A stretch of 64,000 nucleotides of DNA from Callorhinchus milii. Lineage: Eukaryota. The notes below the pieces were generated by a model, which saw nothing but the letters and a program-made list of their open reading frames with translations, did no database searches and was not told where the DNA came from. The first letter of the stretch is position 1; each line of letters begins with the position of its first letter. This document shows positions 1-12,291 of the stretch, one piece after another. The position numbers and the translations under genes are program-made. The stretch is taken from the NCBI RefSeq assembly GCF_018977255.1, contig NW_024704743.1:36334001-36398000 (forward strand), given 5' to 3'.

Positions 1-60
1 GGCCGGGCTTTCAGTCTCTCTGCCCCCACACTCTGGAACTCCATCCTACGGTCCCTTCGC
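1..60 (+). mobile_element. L2 LINE fragment (end of ORF2)
   Basis: Translates GRAFSLSAPTLWNSILRSLR, matching the C-terminal ORF2 motif of the other L2 copies (e.g. 31100-31160). Confidence 0.85.
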
Positions 61-300
61 AGCTTGTGGAGGGAAGATTTAGGAAAGCTGACAAGCAGGG
101 AGTTTGCATAGTCGAGCCTAGATGTGATGAATGCTTGGTTGAGGGTTTCGGGTTGGGGTTGAGGGGTGAGGCAGTGCCGGAGCCGGGCGATGTTGCAGAG
201 GTGGGGGAAGGCAGAGAGATCATGGCATGGATGTGGGCTAGAAAAGATAGTTGAGGGTCAAACAAGATGCCAAGTTTCCAAACTGACTCAGTGGAAACAT
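61..300 (-). mobile_element. L2 LINE fragment (ORF2, downstream of RT)
   Basis: Minus strand encodes LGILFDPQLSFLAHI, homologous to LGILFDPELSFLPHI of the L2 at 31866-32982. Confidence 0.85.
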
Positions 301-1087
301 TTAGCAAATGTATTTTATTCTTAGGGATGGTGGTTTCGCCCATAAAGTACACAGACAATCCACTTTAAAATATATTCTGTGAAGTGCTTTGAGACATTTC
401 AACAACGTGATAAGACCCTATATCAAATATAAGGATTATTATTATGATTATGGGGCACAAGGGAGTGTGCTTTCCTTTATGAACAGTAAACAATGTTCCA
501 CTGTATAATGAGCTTTTACCACTGTAAATTCAAGACCATGCCAATAGGTGGCATTGGCTATTCATGTTTCTTGCAAACTGTGCACAGTACAAATTCCTTT
601 ATTTCAGCATTTAGCGTACAATTGCAAAATGTCGAATTTCTGAAACATTGTATTATAAATTGGAAATGAGAATGAAATTGAAGTTATTTGAGTATGATCA
701 CCCCCCCCCACACACACACACACAAAAAAAAACACACCCCTCACTCACCACAACAAATAAATGAGCCTTTTTATCGGTTGACCTGGCATCTGACACATAC
801 ATCACCATTCTCAAAAGTAGACTAGACCTTGAGCAACATCTACTTACCACTCTGCAGATGAATCAAGGAAGATGCCAAGCCTTGGATGTTTGATCTTGTG
901 TATACAAACCCATAATTCAGGTATTGCTTTGCAGTGGTTCATCCCAAGCTGCATCACTGCTATATCAGCTATTTGTTGTGTAACTGACCTATTCAGGACG
1001 AGTTGAAACCTTAACAACCCTTCGCTCCCCCATCACCCACAGACCATGAGAAATCAACATGCTAAATGCTGGACAATTTTGCATTTA

Positions 1088-1404
1088 ATAAATAATAATA
1101 ATGCTTGCATTTGATATAGCACCTTATCACGTCTTTGAGACGTCTCACAGCACTTCACAGAATATACTGTTAAGTGAATGACTGTATACTTTGTGTGGAT
1201 TGAGTGACCACATTTTTTTAAAGGGATTATTATCCCCAGAAAGAGATCCGCCAATCGACTATCAACCGGGTTCCTACTTACTGCTGGGTAAACAGTTGCG
1301 TGTGGAGTAAGGAAATTTGCCTAAGGTTTCACCCTACCCGGGAATCGAAACCGGGTCCTCTCGCTTGCAAGGCGAGTGCTCTAACCAATACGCTACAGGA
1401 CTCC
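1088..1404 (-). mobile_element. tRNA-Ala-headed SINE, long subtype
   Basis: Reverse complement starts ggagtcctgtagcg...ttagagcactcgccttgcaagcgag, has the central cagcagtaagtaggaacccgg block and ends gctatatcaaatgcaag(att)n. Confidence 0.9.
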
Positions 1405-2134
1405 AATCAATCATTGATAGTGTCCAAATCTAGGTGAATGTTTCATAATCTTAATCTGTCAAACTAAATCCATCCCAAATAAGAACTGTAAATTTTCTAC
1501 AAATACAGTCCAGTTTTCAGCCTCTTAAATGCAGCTGAGACATTCACTGAATTATTCAAGCAGAGATGTGCTGAGGAAGTAGCAATACAAATATTTCATG
1601 GCAAGCAATAATACATCTGTGTTTTCTGTGAATCACAAGAGCTTTCTTCTTTTCTAAGCACTGTAGCCCTCTCTACATATACCCACAGGTTCACTGTAGA
1701 ATTTTTTTATTATAATTTTAAAATATATTACTCCTCTGTTGTGCATGGCAGCACTGATCATTTGAGTAGCCAGTCGTTCATCAGTGACAGTAATAACATC
1801 AAGAGGCAGTCAAACAATTTGCTTTCAGAGGGTAAAGAGTTGGCACAAAAATGTATGAGTGTTAATAAATAAATCTAAAATTGTTCACGCTGGCTGTCAC
1901 AACAGATCACAGTGCCAATTGGTAATCGCTAAACTAAGAAATAAAAACTCATCTCTAAGTATTTCAGAAAGAGAACCTCGATGTTTTAAAATTACTGGAA
2001 TGGTTGCATTTGAAACCTGCAAACTTTCAATTTTTCACCTCTCTCTTTGATTTCTCAAATGCACTCCTTGCTGGTCTCCCCAGTTCCACTGGCTACAGGG
2101 TCCAGATGAAATAAAACTCCACCCCCGTACCCTC

Positions 2135-2205
2135 AACAACAACAATGACAAAAAGATTACATTTGTATAGCGCCTTTCACGTCGGGAGGACGTCTCAAGG
2201 CGTTG
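2135..2205 (-). mobile_element. L2 3' tail fragment
   Basis: gacgtcctcccgacgtgaaaggcgctatacaaatgtaatc followed by (ttg)n on the minus strand. Confidence 0.8.
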
Positions 2206-3234
2206 GCCCTCAGGGTTTAAGTGGGAAAAATTGCTGCCCCTCCAAGTTTTGATGATGAGCCAGGCTTGTTCATGTGTCAACAGCGATGCCTTGGAGTAGC
2301 ATTGGAGTTCTGCAGACCCATCTGGCTGAGGAACTGGACTACCAAGACCATCACAAAGGGTTGGCTCTGATATTCCATTGCTAAGCCTGTCAACTTGGAC
2401 CCAATTCAACTCAAGGAGGACCCATTTACCTATTCCCAAAGAGAATAGTGATTAACTGGTTGTTTGACATCAGACAAGCCATGTTTTGAGCACTCACTAG
2501 GTGGATGGAAGGTACCAGGAACTCCCTGCGAGCTTCTCGGTGGTCAATAACTCAGCATGAAATGCATGAGAGCATTGCCACCATCCTCCTGCCCACAGCT
2601 CGATACACATCCCTTCCCATTGACCGATGGTTTCACCAGTGCCGGTGCGGAGCTTGAGCAGTATCTTCTTAACTCTCTGCAAACCAATCAAGGTGGACTC
2701 CAGGTACTGGATGTATGAATGTGTGTTCACAAACTCAGACTCCAGGTAACCCCCTCCAGCAGGTATTGTCCTAAGCTTCAGTTTTCTCATCAGCTATTTG
2801 ATAGACAGATGCCTTCAGCGAGGTGGGAGAATCATTGATAACATTACAACATCAGCCCATGGAAGGTACTGGTGTTAAATCCCAATGTACAATACTAGCA
2901 TGTGAGAGCAGGGAAAAAGAAAGGTGAAATGCACCTAAACACCCAGGATGATAAGCTAACAGGAGAGAAATTGAGCACTAGACGCCAATCTTCTTTCAGA
3001 AACTTGCTGCTGCTCTCCAGAACAATTCCGCAGACGTCACACTATTGTCAATCAGGGTTTCTGCAACACTGGCAAGAACTGTGCAAATGTCTGATTTCTG
3101 TTACAATCCCGGTGAGGTATGAGATATTTTGTGACAGCTCAAGAAATAATAATAATCCATGAGGATTCAATATTCCTCTAGGGAAGGTATCAGATAATAT
3201 TCTATGAAAGAAATAGGGCTGAACCATTACATAG

Positions 3235-3490
3235 GAGATATAGAAAAGCATGTACAAGAGGAGGCCATTCAGCCCATCAAGCCTGTTACATGGGTTTATT
3301 GCCTGTTGGCAATTTGTTTTTAATCTTGATGTTCCGCTCTTTCATCATGCCCTTTTCTACCTCCAATTATGCGAGCACCTGTCTAATTCTCTTTTAAACA
3401 GACCATTTTATTCCACCTCTACAGCTTTCTGGAGCAGAGCTTCCCACAACCGTTTGCATGAAGAAATGCTTCCTGACCTCAATTCTATCT
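3235..3490 (-). mobile_element. Old CR1 3' end fragment
   Basis: aggaggccattcagcccatcaagcctg resembles the 3'UTR of the CR1 at 12185-12290; upstream sequence resembles the end of ORF2. Confidence 0.65.
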
Positions 3491-3633
3491 AAAGTAAGTT
3501 ATTTTGGGCACATTCTGGCTAAACACAGCAGATGCAAGGTTGCTCATGCTACAGTCTATCTGGCAGTTGCTTCCATTTCTACAGCTCTGGGATGCTATGC
3601 TGTGTGAAGGGTGCCTGGGTCTGAAATGCTGTC

Positions 3634-3725
3634 ACTGTCCAGCGCCTTGGGACGTCCTCCCGACGTGAAAGGCACTATACAAATGTAATCTTGTTGTTGT
3701 TGTTGCTATATAAATGCAAGTTATT
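3634..3725 (+). mobile_element. L2 3' tail followed by a second tail remnant
   Basis: cagcgccttgggacgtcctcccgacgtgaaaggcactatacaaatgtaatc(ttg)n, then gctatataaatgcaag. Confidence 0.8.
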
Positions 3726-3869
3726 GCTGCAGTGAGTGCTTTGTCTGGTGTATCATGTGTATGGTATTTGTATAGTGCTGGTAGGCTGGCCAGCTGGCTG
3801 GCTATAGAAAATTATATTTGTATAGCGCCTTTCACGTCGGGAGGATGTCCCAAGATGCTCGCTCGCTCA

Positions 3870-4002
3870 TTTACTTAACTATTTTGAAGGGATTATTAGC
3901 CCCACAAAAGCAATCCGCCAATTGACTAACAAACAGTTCCGACTTACTAAAGATGAACAGACTTAGATAAACAGAGGCGTGTGGAGTAAGGAAACTTGCC
4001 TA
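3870..4002 (-). mobile_element. tRNA-Ala SINE, central fragment (long subtype)
   Basis: aacagaggcgtgtggagtaaggaaacttgcc is shared with the copy at 35415-35769. Confidence 0.75.
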
Positions 4003-4729
4003 TTATTTTGCTCTCCGTAAATTCAGTACTTCCTGCTCTCAAATAGCATTAGCTGGGAGCTGAAGAGTTAGTGTTAAAAACTGATATCTTGTATTTGAGA
4101 TCTACCTAGTGTTTTAGAAATGGATGTAGCCTCCTAAAAGTTGTGTAAGGATTTATATACAGCCACGTGGACTATGAGGCCACATGGTATTTGAGGGGAA
4201 ATGTTTTCTGAGTGAGTGAAAAAGATGATGGTGCAACAGACCTTGTATTTTTCTCAAGGATATATCATTTAAATTGCTGTACATAAATTGGAATAGATCT
4301 ATAACCTACCGATTGAATTAGGAACCCTACATTCTAATAATTCAATCACATTTAGTGTTTTTCTAGGCAAAGCTGAGAAAGATATAAGTAATTAATTAGC
4401 ACATGCAATGATTTCAGTGAGAGCATTGATAAATTATTAAGTGAGAAAGGATTTATAGTAATATTTGATAATTCAGAATATATTTTAAACAAAATCTGTT
4501 AAGTTTGGCATCCTCCAGCCTCACTAAAGGTCATCTGGAAAATGTGTCAATTTCTGATACCTGCTTGTTTCTGGAATACATTGGCCTTTCATATTAGAGA
4601 TCCTGTGTTCCAGTATTCTCAATCAATTCAAGTCTGAACTTAGTTTTTGAGGTAATGTACTTAACTTGAGTGTTGACACACCTTTATTGCTGCGTTTGCA
4701 GGATATGCTTGGCCGCATTTTTGGTAAGG

Positions 4730-5170
4730 TGTCAGCCTGCCTCGGTTGATAGCCTTCCACCCTTAGAGTCAGAAACTTCTGGATTCAAGACCCAATTTGA
4801 GACTTTGATCTTATAGTCTAGGCTGATCCTCCAGTGCAGTCCTGGGGAACGGCCCATTGTCAGAGGTGCCACCTTTCAGATGAGACATTAAAACTAAGGT
4901 CATATCTGCGCCTATCCAGGTGACGTTAAAGATCTCATGCCATTAATCAAAGAAAAAAAGGAGTTTCTCACAGTGTCCTGACCAACAATTCCCCAAATAA
5001 AATTGGTTATTTACTTCAAGGCTGTTTGTGAGACACAGATGTATGCAAATTAGTTACCACATTTGCCCACAAAATGCACAGTGTTTACATTTGATACTAA
5101 TAGCTATTAAGCTCTGAGATGTCTTGATGACGTGATAAGGGTTTATATCAAAAGCATGAATTATTATTAC
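4730..5170 (+). mobile_element. Old Deu-domain SINE (SacSINE1/AmnSINE1-like)
   Basis: Degenerate tRNA-like head, Deu core (gtcagaggtgccacctttcagatgagacattaaa...caggtgacgttaaagatctcatg...gtgtcctgaccaac) and L2-like (att)n tail. Confidence 0.8.
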
Positions 5171-5467
5171 TCTGTCCTAATGTGATGTAGAATGGGTAGT
5201 GTAAAGCAGAATTCCTGCTTAACGTTACTCTGCTGCTAAGTGTCTAGAGGCTTTCATTCTCAGCTTTATAAACACAGTGTAAACCAGTAAATGATATGAA
5301 CTGTCATTTTCATTTGATCTGGTAAAAGTATGATCCTAATCTCTGCCTTCTAATCAGAAAATGTTGCCTTCTGTACTACAATACATGTACACTGCAAAGG
5401 AACTCGAGATTTCCCTTTCTTAGAACATCCCAACTTTATACAGTTACAGACTTGCATTGTATTTACT

Positions 5468-5800
5468 GCTGATGACAGCAGAGCCAGCATTTGGAAAGGC
5501 AAACCAGTCATTGGGCCAAGGTTGTTCCCACTCAGCTCCTGTTAACCCTGGAAGCCAGAGCCCTAAGTAGAATGGTCCAAGCTGAACAAGCAGCGGGAAA
5601 GCTTGCCAGAGAGTTCTTTCATGGGGGAACACAGTTTTAGCTAGTAAACTCCAATAGTGCTCCATCACACACTCTGGTGTCCTCAAATCTTGGTTCGTGC
5701 CAATACTCTCCAGGATTAGGTAAACAGGGTGCATCCCTCTTGGGAGAGTGTGCGCATTTCATATTTCACAGGTTGTACCCGGCTGACCAATAAAAAAAGA
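5468..5800 (+). repeat. Unnamed ~470-bp dispersed repeat, copy A (internal deletion)
   Basis: Colinear with 47430-47900 (gctgatgacagca...cagctcctgttaaccctg...attaggtaa...); ends ctgaccaataaaaaaa. Confidence 0.8.
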
Positions 5801-6627
5801 ATTTTTAGTTGATCGAGCACCCTAGGCCCTGGCGCTGGGGCCAATTGGTAAAGAGAGAAACTGTCTAAAACCTTTTTTTATAGCTGCCTGATGTTAGCAT
5901 ACAATGTACAAAATTTCCTTGTATGAGTCATTAAAATAAATTCCACACTCACTTCTGACCTAATCACAGAGTACACGCTGCCCATCATCATGTATCCCAA
6001 GACATCTACGGAAACAAAAGACGTAAAAGGACACTAGACACAGTAAAGTAAAAACTATAACTTGTTTACCAGGATAGGAGCACGTTTTGAGGATGAAGAT
6101 TTGATTGATAAACTCCTCAAGCTTTATTTGCCACATACTTCAAATTGTGATTAATCCTTTTTTGGCAGTGAGATCTTTAGCTGCCCAGTCAATGACAAAC
6201 ATTGTAAACTTCCTTTACACCATTCGGTCTGTGTGATAATCTGGGGAATTAGCTTTTTCGTGAAAGTTATACACATATTTCTCTATGGAGAAAACTCAGT
6301 TAAGTATACAATAAATTGTTGAATATGGAGAAAGTCAAACTAATCTACGAGTCATCAGCGCACATATCTCCTGAGTCCTTCTTTCCTACAGCAGCAATAA
6401 TAATTTGACCTTTCACATCAGGCTGACTGGAGCCTTTTTTATTAATGTTCAGGATGGGATGTTTGAAATGGAGATAAATAGATACTAAGGGTATTACGAG
6501 AAAAAAGGGGGAGGTGGGGGAAACTATTCATGAATCCAAGTCAGCAGCATAAGAGATTCAGGATTGTGAAAGGCAACAAGGAAACATTTCTTTACCAGAG
6601 GATAGTTAATAGTAATAATAATAATTA

Positions 6628-7025
6628 TTAATAATAATCCTTGTATTTGATATAGTGCTTTATTGAATCATTGAAATGTCTCAAAGTGCTTCAGAGGATT
6701 CACTGTAGAGATTAGTCAGCTATGGAATTTGTGTAAAATGGCTAATTTGCACACAGCAATGCCCATCAAACAGCCATGAAACGAATGACTTAGTGTTGGC
6801 CAGGACACCAGGAGAAATTCCCTTCTCTAAACTTTGGGATCTTTAATGTCCACCTGACCAGGCAGACAGAACCTTGGGTTTATTATCTCATCTAAAGGAC
6901 GGCACCTCTTGACAATGCAGTGCTTCCCCCAGCACTGCTTTAGAGGTTCAGCCTCAACAATGAGCTCAATGTCTCAACATGAGCCTTGAATCCCAAACCA
7001 ACTGACTCTGAGCTGTAAGTGCCAT
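6628..7025 (-). mobile_element. Old Deu-domain SINE
   Basis: Reverse complement of the Deu core plus (att)n tail. Confidence 0.8.
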
Positions 7026-8936
7026 GGTTTACAGAGATTGAAGAGATGGGAGAAGCCTTTGCAACTGTATAAATGCTTTGGGAATTTCAATGTGATTACC
7101 AATTTAGGCTGACATCCTAAACAGCTGGAAATGGTTTCCGGGAAAGGTGGTAGAATCCAGGAAATTCAACTAATTTACAGCTTGAGGTAAAATGAGGAGG
7201 AGATAGGATGGGTATTCAAATTGGTGAAAGGGCCTTCTTCACTTGAACCTCTATTGTGATCTGTGTGACCTAATAAAATGGTGGAACAGCCCTGATGGTC
7301 TCCTCCAGTTCCTATTCCTGCCCTAGTCTAACATTGCTCTGACATCTTTCGATAGCTTGGGCCATGAGGATTGCTGACATTAAATGAAAGCCTCAGTTCA
7401 GGCAGTTCTTCCTTTGTTGGTAAATGTACTGTCCTTGCAGAGGTTTGTTCATAATACTTCCAATTACTACATAATTGGAATACATGATTTACCGACCAAT
7501 AGAGAATAAAATATTCTCATCTGCTACTGACAATGAATCTATTGATAGTCCTTAAGCAATCAATGATTATTAAAGATAAATGACTAAAACACAGATTGAT
7601 GTTAGGGGGTGCAAAATCTACAGTTGTAATTTTCTATCAATGATTTATTTTTCATCATATGCTATTATGAATCTAGCCACGTATTCAAATTAATAATAAT
7701 TAACCATTAAACCGCAGACAGATTTACACACATTACTGTCTCCATGGGGTAAAACTAATTCTGTAAACTATCAGCTCAATCAGTGTATAGACTCAGTAAA
7801 AATACATTTAACTTACGGAAAACCTCCTTTGAAATTAAAAACTGTATTTAAGAATTCGACAATTTCTGGATACTCTAAAGGGTTAATAGATTAAATCTGG
7901 GTAATTCCACCAGTGTCTTAATTATGGCTTATGGAGCTTAGAAAATATTTTTATTTACCTTTCTCAAGCTGCAATAATTATTAAGAATACATGTTTATTT
8001 TATGGCTAACAGTTACCTACCACAACAGTAATTTTACATGGGGTAAAAGCATTGAATCACATCTTGTGGTTTGGTCGAGGATTCAAGAAACATCATGGTT
8101 TATAAAGGTTTAAGAGACAGGATAAGCGTGTGCCATGGTATAGGTACTTTGTGAATGTCAATGTGGTTACTAATTTTGCAATCTAATGATAGTTGTCAGC
8201 CCGCCTCTGTTGATAGCACTCTTGCCTCTAAGTCAGATGGTTGTGGGTTCAACCCCACAATAGGATGTTGAATTCAGAGTCTAGGCTGACATTCCAGAGC
8301 AGTGGTGGCGGATCCCTGCACTGTTGAAGGTGTGGTCCTAGGGATCAGATGTTAACCAAGGTTCAATCTGCCTGTTCAGATGGACATTAAAGATCCCATT
8401 GCATTATTTGAAAAAAAAGGGAATTTCTCCCAGTATCCTGGCCAACAATCTCCCAAATAATATTGGTCATTCACATTAGCTGTTTGTGGGATATTGTTGT
8501 GTGCCACGTAAAAGACGCTATATCAAATCTAAGGATTATTATTCATTATATTTAAAATATTGAATGGCACAGTGCATTGGACTTTTGACTCATGGAATGT
8601 CAATTAGTGGGATACCAGCCTAACTAAACACCTCAGAGAAACATTAGTATTCCGCCAGTCAGTAATCCATTGCATGGTGCAGCCAATTTCGTAGTCGTGA
8701 CCATCAGACTAGTGTTAGAGAGGAAGGGAAGCCACAGACAAGGTGTTAAGTATCATGTAAGGTTGTTAAATTGACTATAGTATTACTTAGCATGGGGGAA
8801 GCACTGCATTGTCAAGAGGTGCCATCCTTTAGATGAGATAATAAACCCAAGGTTCTGTCTGCCTGGTCAGGTGGACATTAAAGATCCCAAAGTTTAGAGA
8901 AGGGAATTTCTCCTGGTGTCCTGGCCAACACTAAGT
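6788..8936. repeat. 144-bp inverted repeat pair (6788-6931 and 8793-8936), 1 mismatch
   Basis: By manual alignment, the reverse complement of 8793-8936 equals 6788-6931 except aaagga[c/t]ggc. Confidence 0.92.
8194..8545 (+). mobile_element. Old Deu-domain SINE
   Basis: Head tgtcagccc...gatagcactcttgcctctaagtcag...gtgggttcaa, Deu core, tail gacgctatatcaaatctaaggattatt. Confidence 0.8.
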
Positions 8937-9058
8937 TAACTATGATGAAAAATACATAGCCATTATCCTTTGCAGTAAATCTTGTGAAGCACTTTTAGAT
9001 GTCCTCCTGACATGAAAGGCTCCATACCAAATGTATGGATTATTATTATTGTTATTAT
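8793..9058 (+). mobile_element. Partial Deu-domain SINE
   Basis: Deu core followed by a degenerate tail (tgtgaagcac...tgacatgaaaggc...ggattattatt). Confidence 0.75.
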
Positions 9059-12000
9059 TAAGATCACAAAATTTACCCTGTGTTTGCAGATAAATCACGC
9101 AAAGCTTGTTAAACACTTTTCCATTAAAAAAGTCTTTATTTCTCTTTAATTTGTTGTACTCAAAGGTGTTTGGTTAATATTCTGCTTGCTAAACTCAAAA
9201 GAAGTGGATGAAGATATACGAATCATTCACAACAGATGGCAAGCTCAGGTTCTGATCTACTTTTACTGTACAGTTCAGTGACTGATGGATCAGGTTAATA
9301 AGCCAACATCTCAATCTTCTCTGACAGATATGAAGCTGTCATCTCTATTGCAATAGAGCTGTCATCTCCCTAAATGTGTGAAGTGCAAAAACAGAATTAC
9401 TTAAATGGGACAGAAATTTAAGATAATAGTTTGCTTTTCAAGTACTGTCAATCATGTTTCAAGGCAGCAAATTTTACCAAATCATTTTTGCAGGGTGGGT
9501 GTTTATGCTTCCTGATATTGTATCAATTTAGACTATTCTTTATCATCCTTTCCTGGGTGCAATTATTGTGAATAGTTTTCTCTTTTTTTCGGGGTGGGGG
9601 GAAGTGCATGGTGGGGCGTGGGTATAGTCCAGCTTAAACACACCCATGATGTGGTCAATACTTCAACGCATTGATTTGGATCTGTTATAGGTGTTAAAAA
9701 AGCTTTGTGCAAACACATGTGTACGCAGAAAATTAAAGGCACCCTTACTTATGTAACAGTGACAAAGGATTAAAAATTATGTTTAATACCTTTCAATGGT
9801 TCTTAATTCCATAACAAAAGACACCTGTAATTTCCTCCGTACTAATTAGATTTACATGTGATTTACATAACTCACATACCCACCCCCCCACCCCATTGTC
9901 CCTGTTAAGCAAAGGTATCAAAATAAATATCCAAATTGTTCTCTCCTCAAAGATTTACGCCAGGTTAGAATAATTTGTTTTGACACATAGTTATATCCCC
10001 TGAAGATTTTTGATTTGCATAACTACATGCAGATTCGTGTCTTATACCAGTCCTGTTAGTTTCCACTTCATTTACTCTGCTTCCCCTATATGAGCTACAA
10101 AATGCTGCTTTTTTGAATTGATAGTATGTTGAAAGGATTTCCATTCATGATTGGTTTGGTGCATAATTTTTGCAGTGCATGGGACACAGACAGCCTTATC
10201 CGATTAACCATTCTGGAACATTTCTCCATTCGTTCATTCAACTTCTAAGTACCATTTCCTGCTGCACAGAGCCTTTCCCTAATATTTTTAAAGAACTTGC
10301 AAAAAGATTGTTTATATTGCATGCCATATAGCATTGCTCTATAGCAGTAAATTATATTGTATGATAAGTCTCCAATTTACAAGAAATCTATTATTTATTT
10401 GACACCAGTCATCAGATAGCAATTTTTGAATACAAATTGCACTCGAAACAACACCGCAGAAAAACCTTGAAATATATTTTAGAGATGGAATCATGTCATT
10501 TATAATTTATAATCTTCTGAATCACCTCTGACCAACCTCTTGTGTGAAATAAGTTTAAGCAATTTTAATCAACAACAGCAACTTACATTTATATAGTGCC
10601 CCTCACACGGGGTAGCGCCTCTGAACCTGGTTACAATCAAGTTACAAGTGAGTGAGAATCCATTGTGCAAAACCACATATTGACCATTACAAACTAGCAG
10701 TGAGTTGTTTGTCTCACTGAGAAAGTGTTTCGAAAATGTAATAAGTTGTATATCAAATGCAAGGGCTATTATGATCTTAAATTTTAAGAAAATTGTCGTC
10801 AGATAAAGGATATGAAAAATTTGGGGCCTCTGATGCTGACAGCGAATACAAAAAGTAAAAATCAATCCCCACTGTTGACAATAGTACTGCTCATGCTTGG
10901 GAGCAGTGTTGAGCACTTCTCTCTATTCAGAAACATTGGGGTGGGAAGGTTGCATGGATATGCTGTGCCATCTCCAACACGCCCGGTGTCTCTGAAGTCT
11001 AGTTATCTACATTGCAGTTTGTCATCTGGGGTGTGTCACCTGCAGTGGAGACCTCACTTACAAAGGCCATGATCAGAGATTGAGTGAGACAATAGATGCA
11101 GGTGATCTTTAGTTTTGCTGACACTAAGAATACTGGAAAAATAATTCTGGTTATAGTAGTGGTGTGGTTGCTTGCAAAGAGGAACAAAAACATTATCACC
11201 TACTGCCCAATACCAACAGGAAGATTTTTCTTATTGTGCACTCCTTATACACTCCTTTATACACTTTTATATTTTATATAATATTATATTATTTATGTAC
11301 ATATGTTTATTATACACTCCTTCACATTCATTGATATTCTGTTCTAATTCCTCTAGGATGAGCAAGATCTTGGTGGATTAGCCAATACTTGATGCCAGCC
11401 TTTCAAGTAGAACAAATTTAATTCATGAATGTTGCAGAACTAATTTCCTGAGAGACTTGTTGAGAGATGAATAATTTATAAAAGAACCTAAATTAGACCC
11501 TTAAAATGAATCTGAAATCATTGCAGGCAGCCACAAGTGACTACTTTTAGAGTCCTGTCTTAGTCTAGTCATGAGCTGTGTATTTGTACTTCCAGGATAT
11601 TACTGACATGCCAACATTAAAGAAATCCTCATCATTACAGTCACAGATTCAAGATATTTGCCTCTTGTTTTAACTGCCCTGTCTTCAAATTGGGAATTTT
11701 TCTAAATAAAAGTGCATTGTATAAAGGAGAATCACTTACCTATAAATTTACAGGGCAACAGTAAAATCTGCTCCTCGGGTCACACTTTCGCAAAACACTG
11801 GCTAATCACTCAGATTTATTTATCCGATCACAGGTTTATTGAAGGCCTTTTCACAGATTCACTGAATGCAAAGAATAAAAGATATGTCCACATATATATT
11901 CAAGAACCATTTGACGTTTGCTACCCAAATATTATCATAATAATCCTTGCATTTGACATAATGCTTCATTATGTCATTGAAATGTCTCAAAGTGCTTTAC

Positions 12001-12291
12001 AGGATATACTGTAAAGTGATGTGACTGTGTGGATGTTTTAGGCAAAGACGTCATTATTCAATTATAATTACATTTGTATTATACAAGTCATGGTATCAGT
12101 ACTATTGTGATGCATTTCTTGGCATTTCTTCCAATGAGTGCTTAAGTGTTCTGAGTGCTTAATAGGACATTCAGTGTACCCCACATAATAGAATCATAAT
12201 AGAATCCTAGAATCATAGAATCGTACAGCACAAAAAGAGGCCATTCGGCCCATTGAGTTTGTGCCGGCTCTTTGAAAAGAGCAATGTAATG

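Noticed and set aside
2200..2880. GC-richer stretch, possibly a decayed retroelement ORF
   Set aside because: No motif that I can assign with confidence.
5468..5510. Hammerhead ribozyme at ctgatga in the unnamed repeat
   Set aside because: No convincing stem II/GAAA/stem III arrangement; in copies E and G ctgatga pairs with tcatc[ag]g instead.
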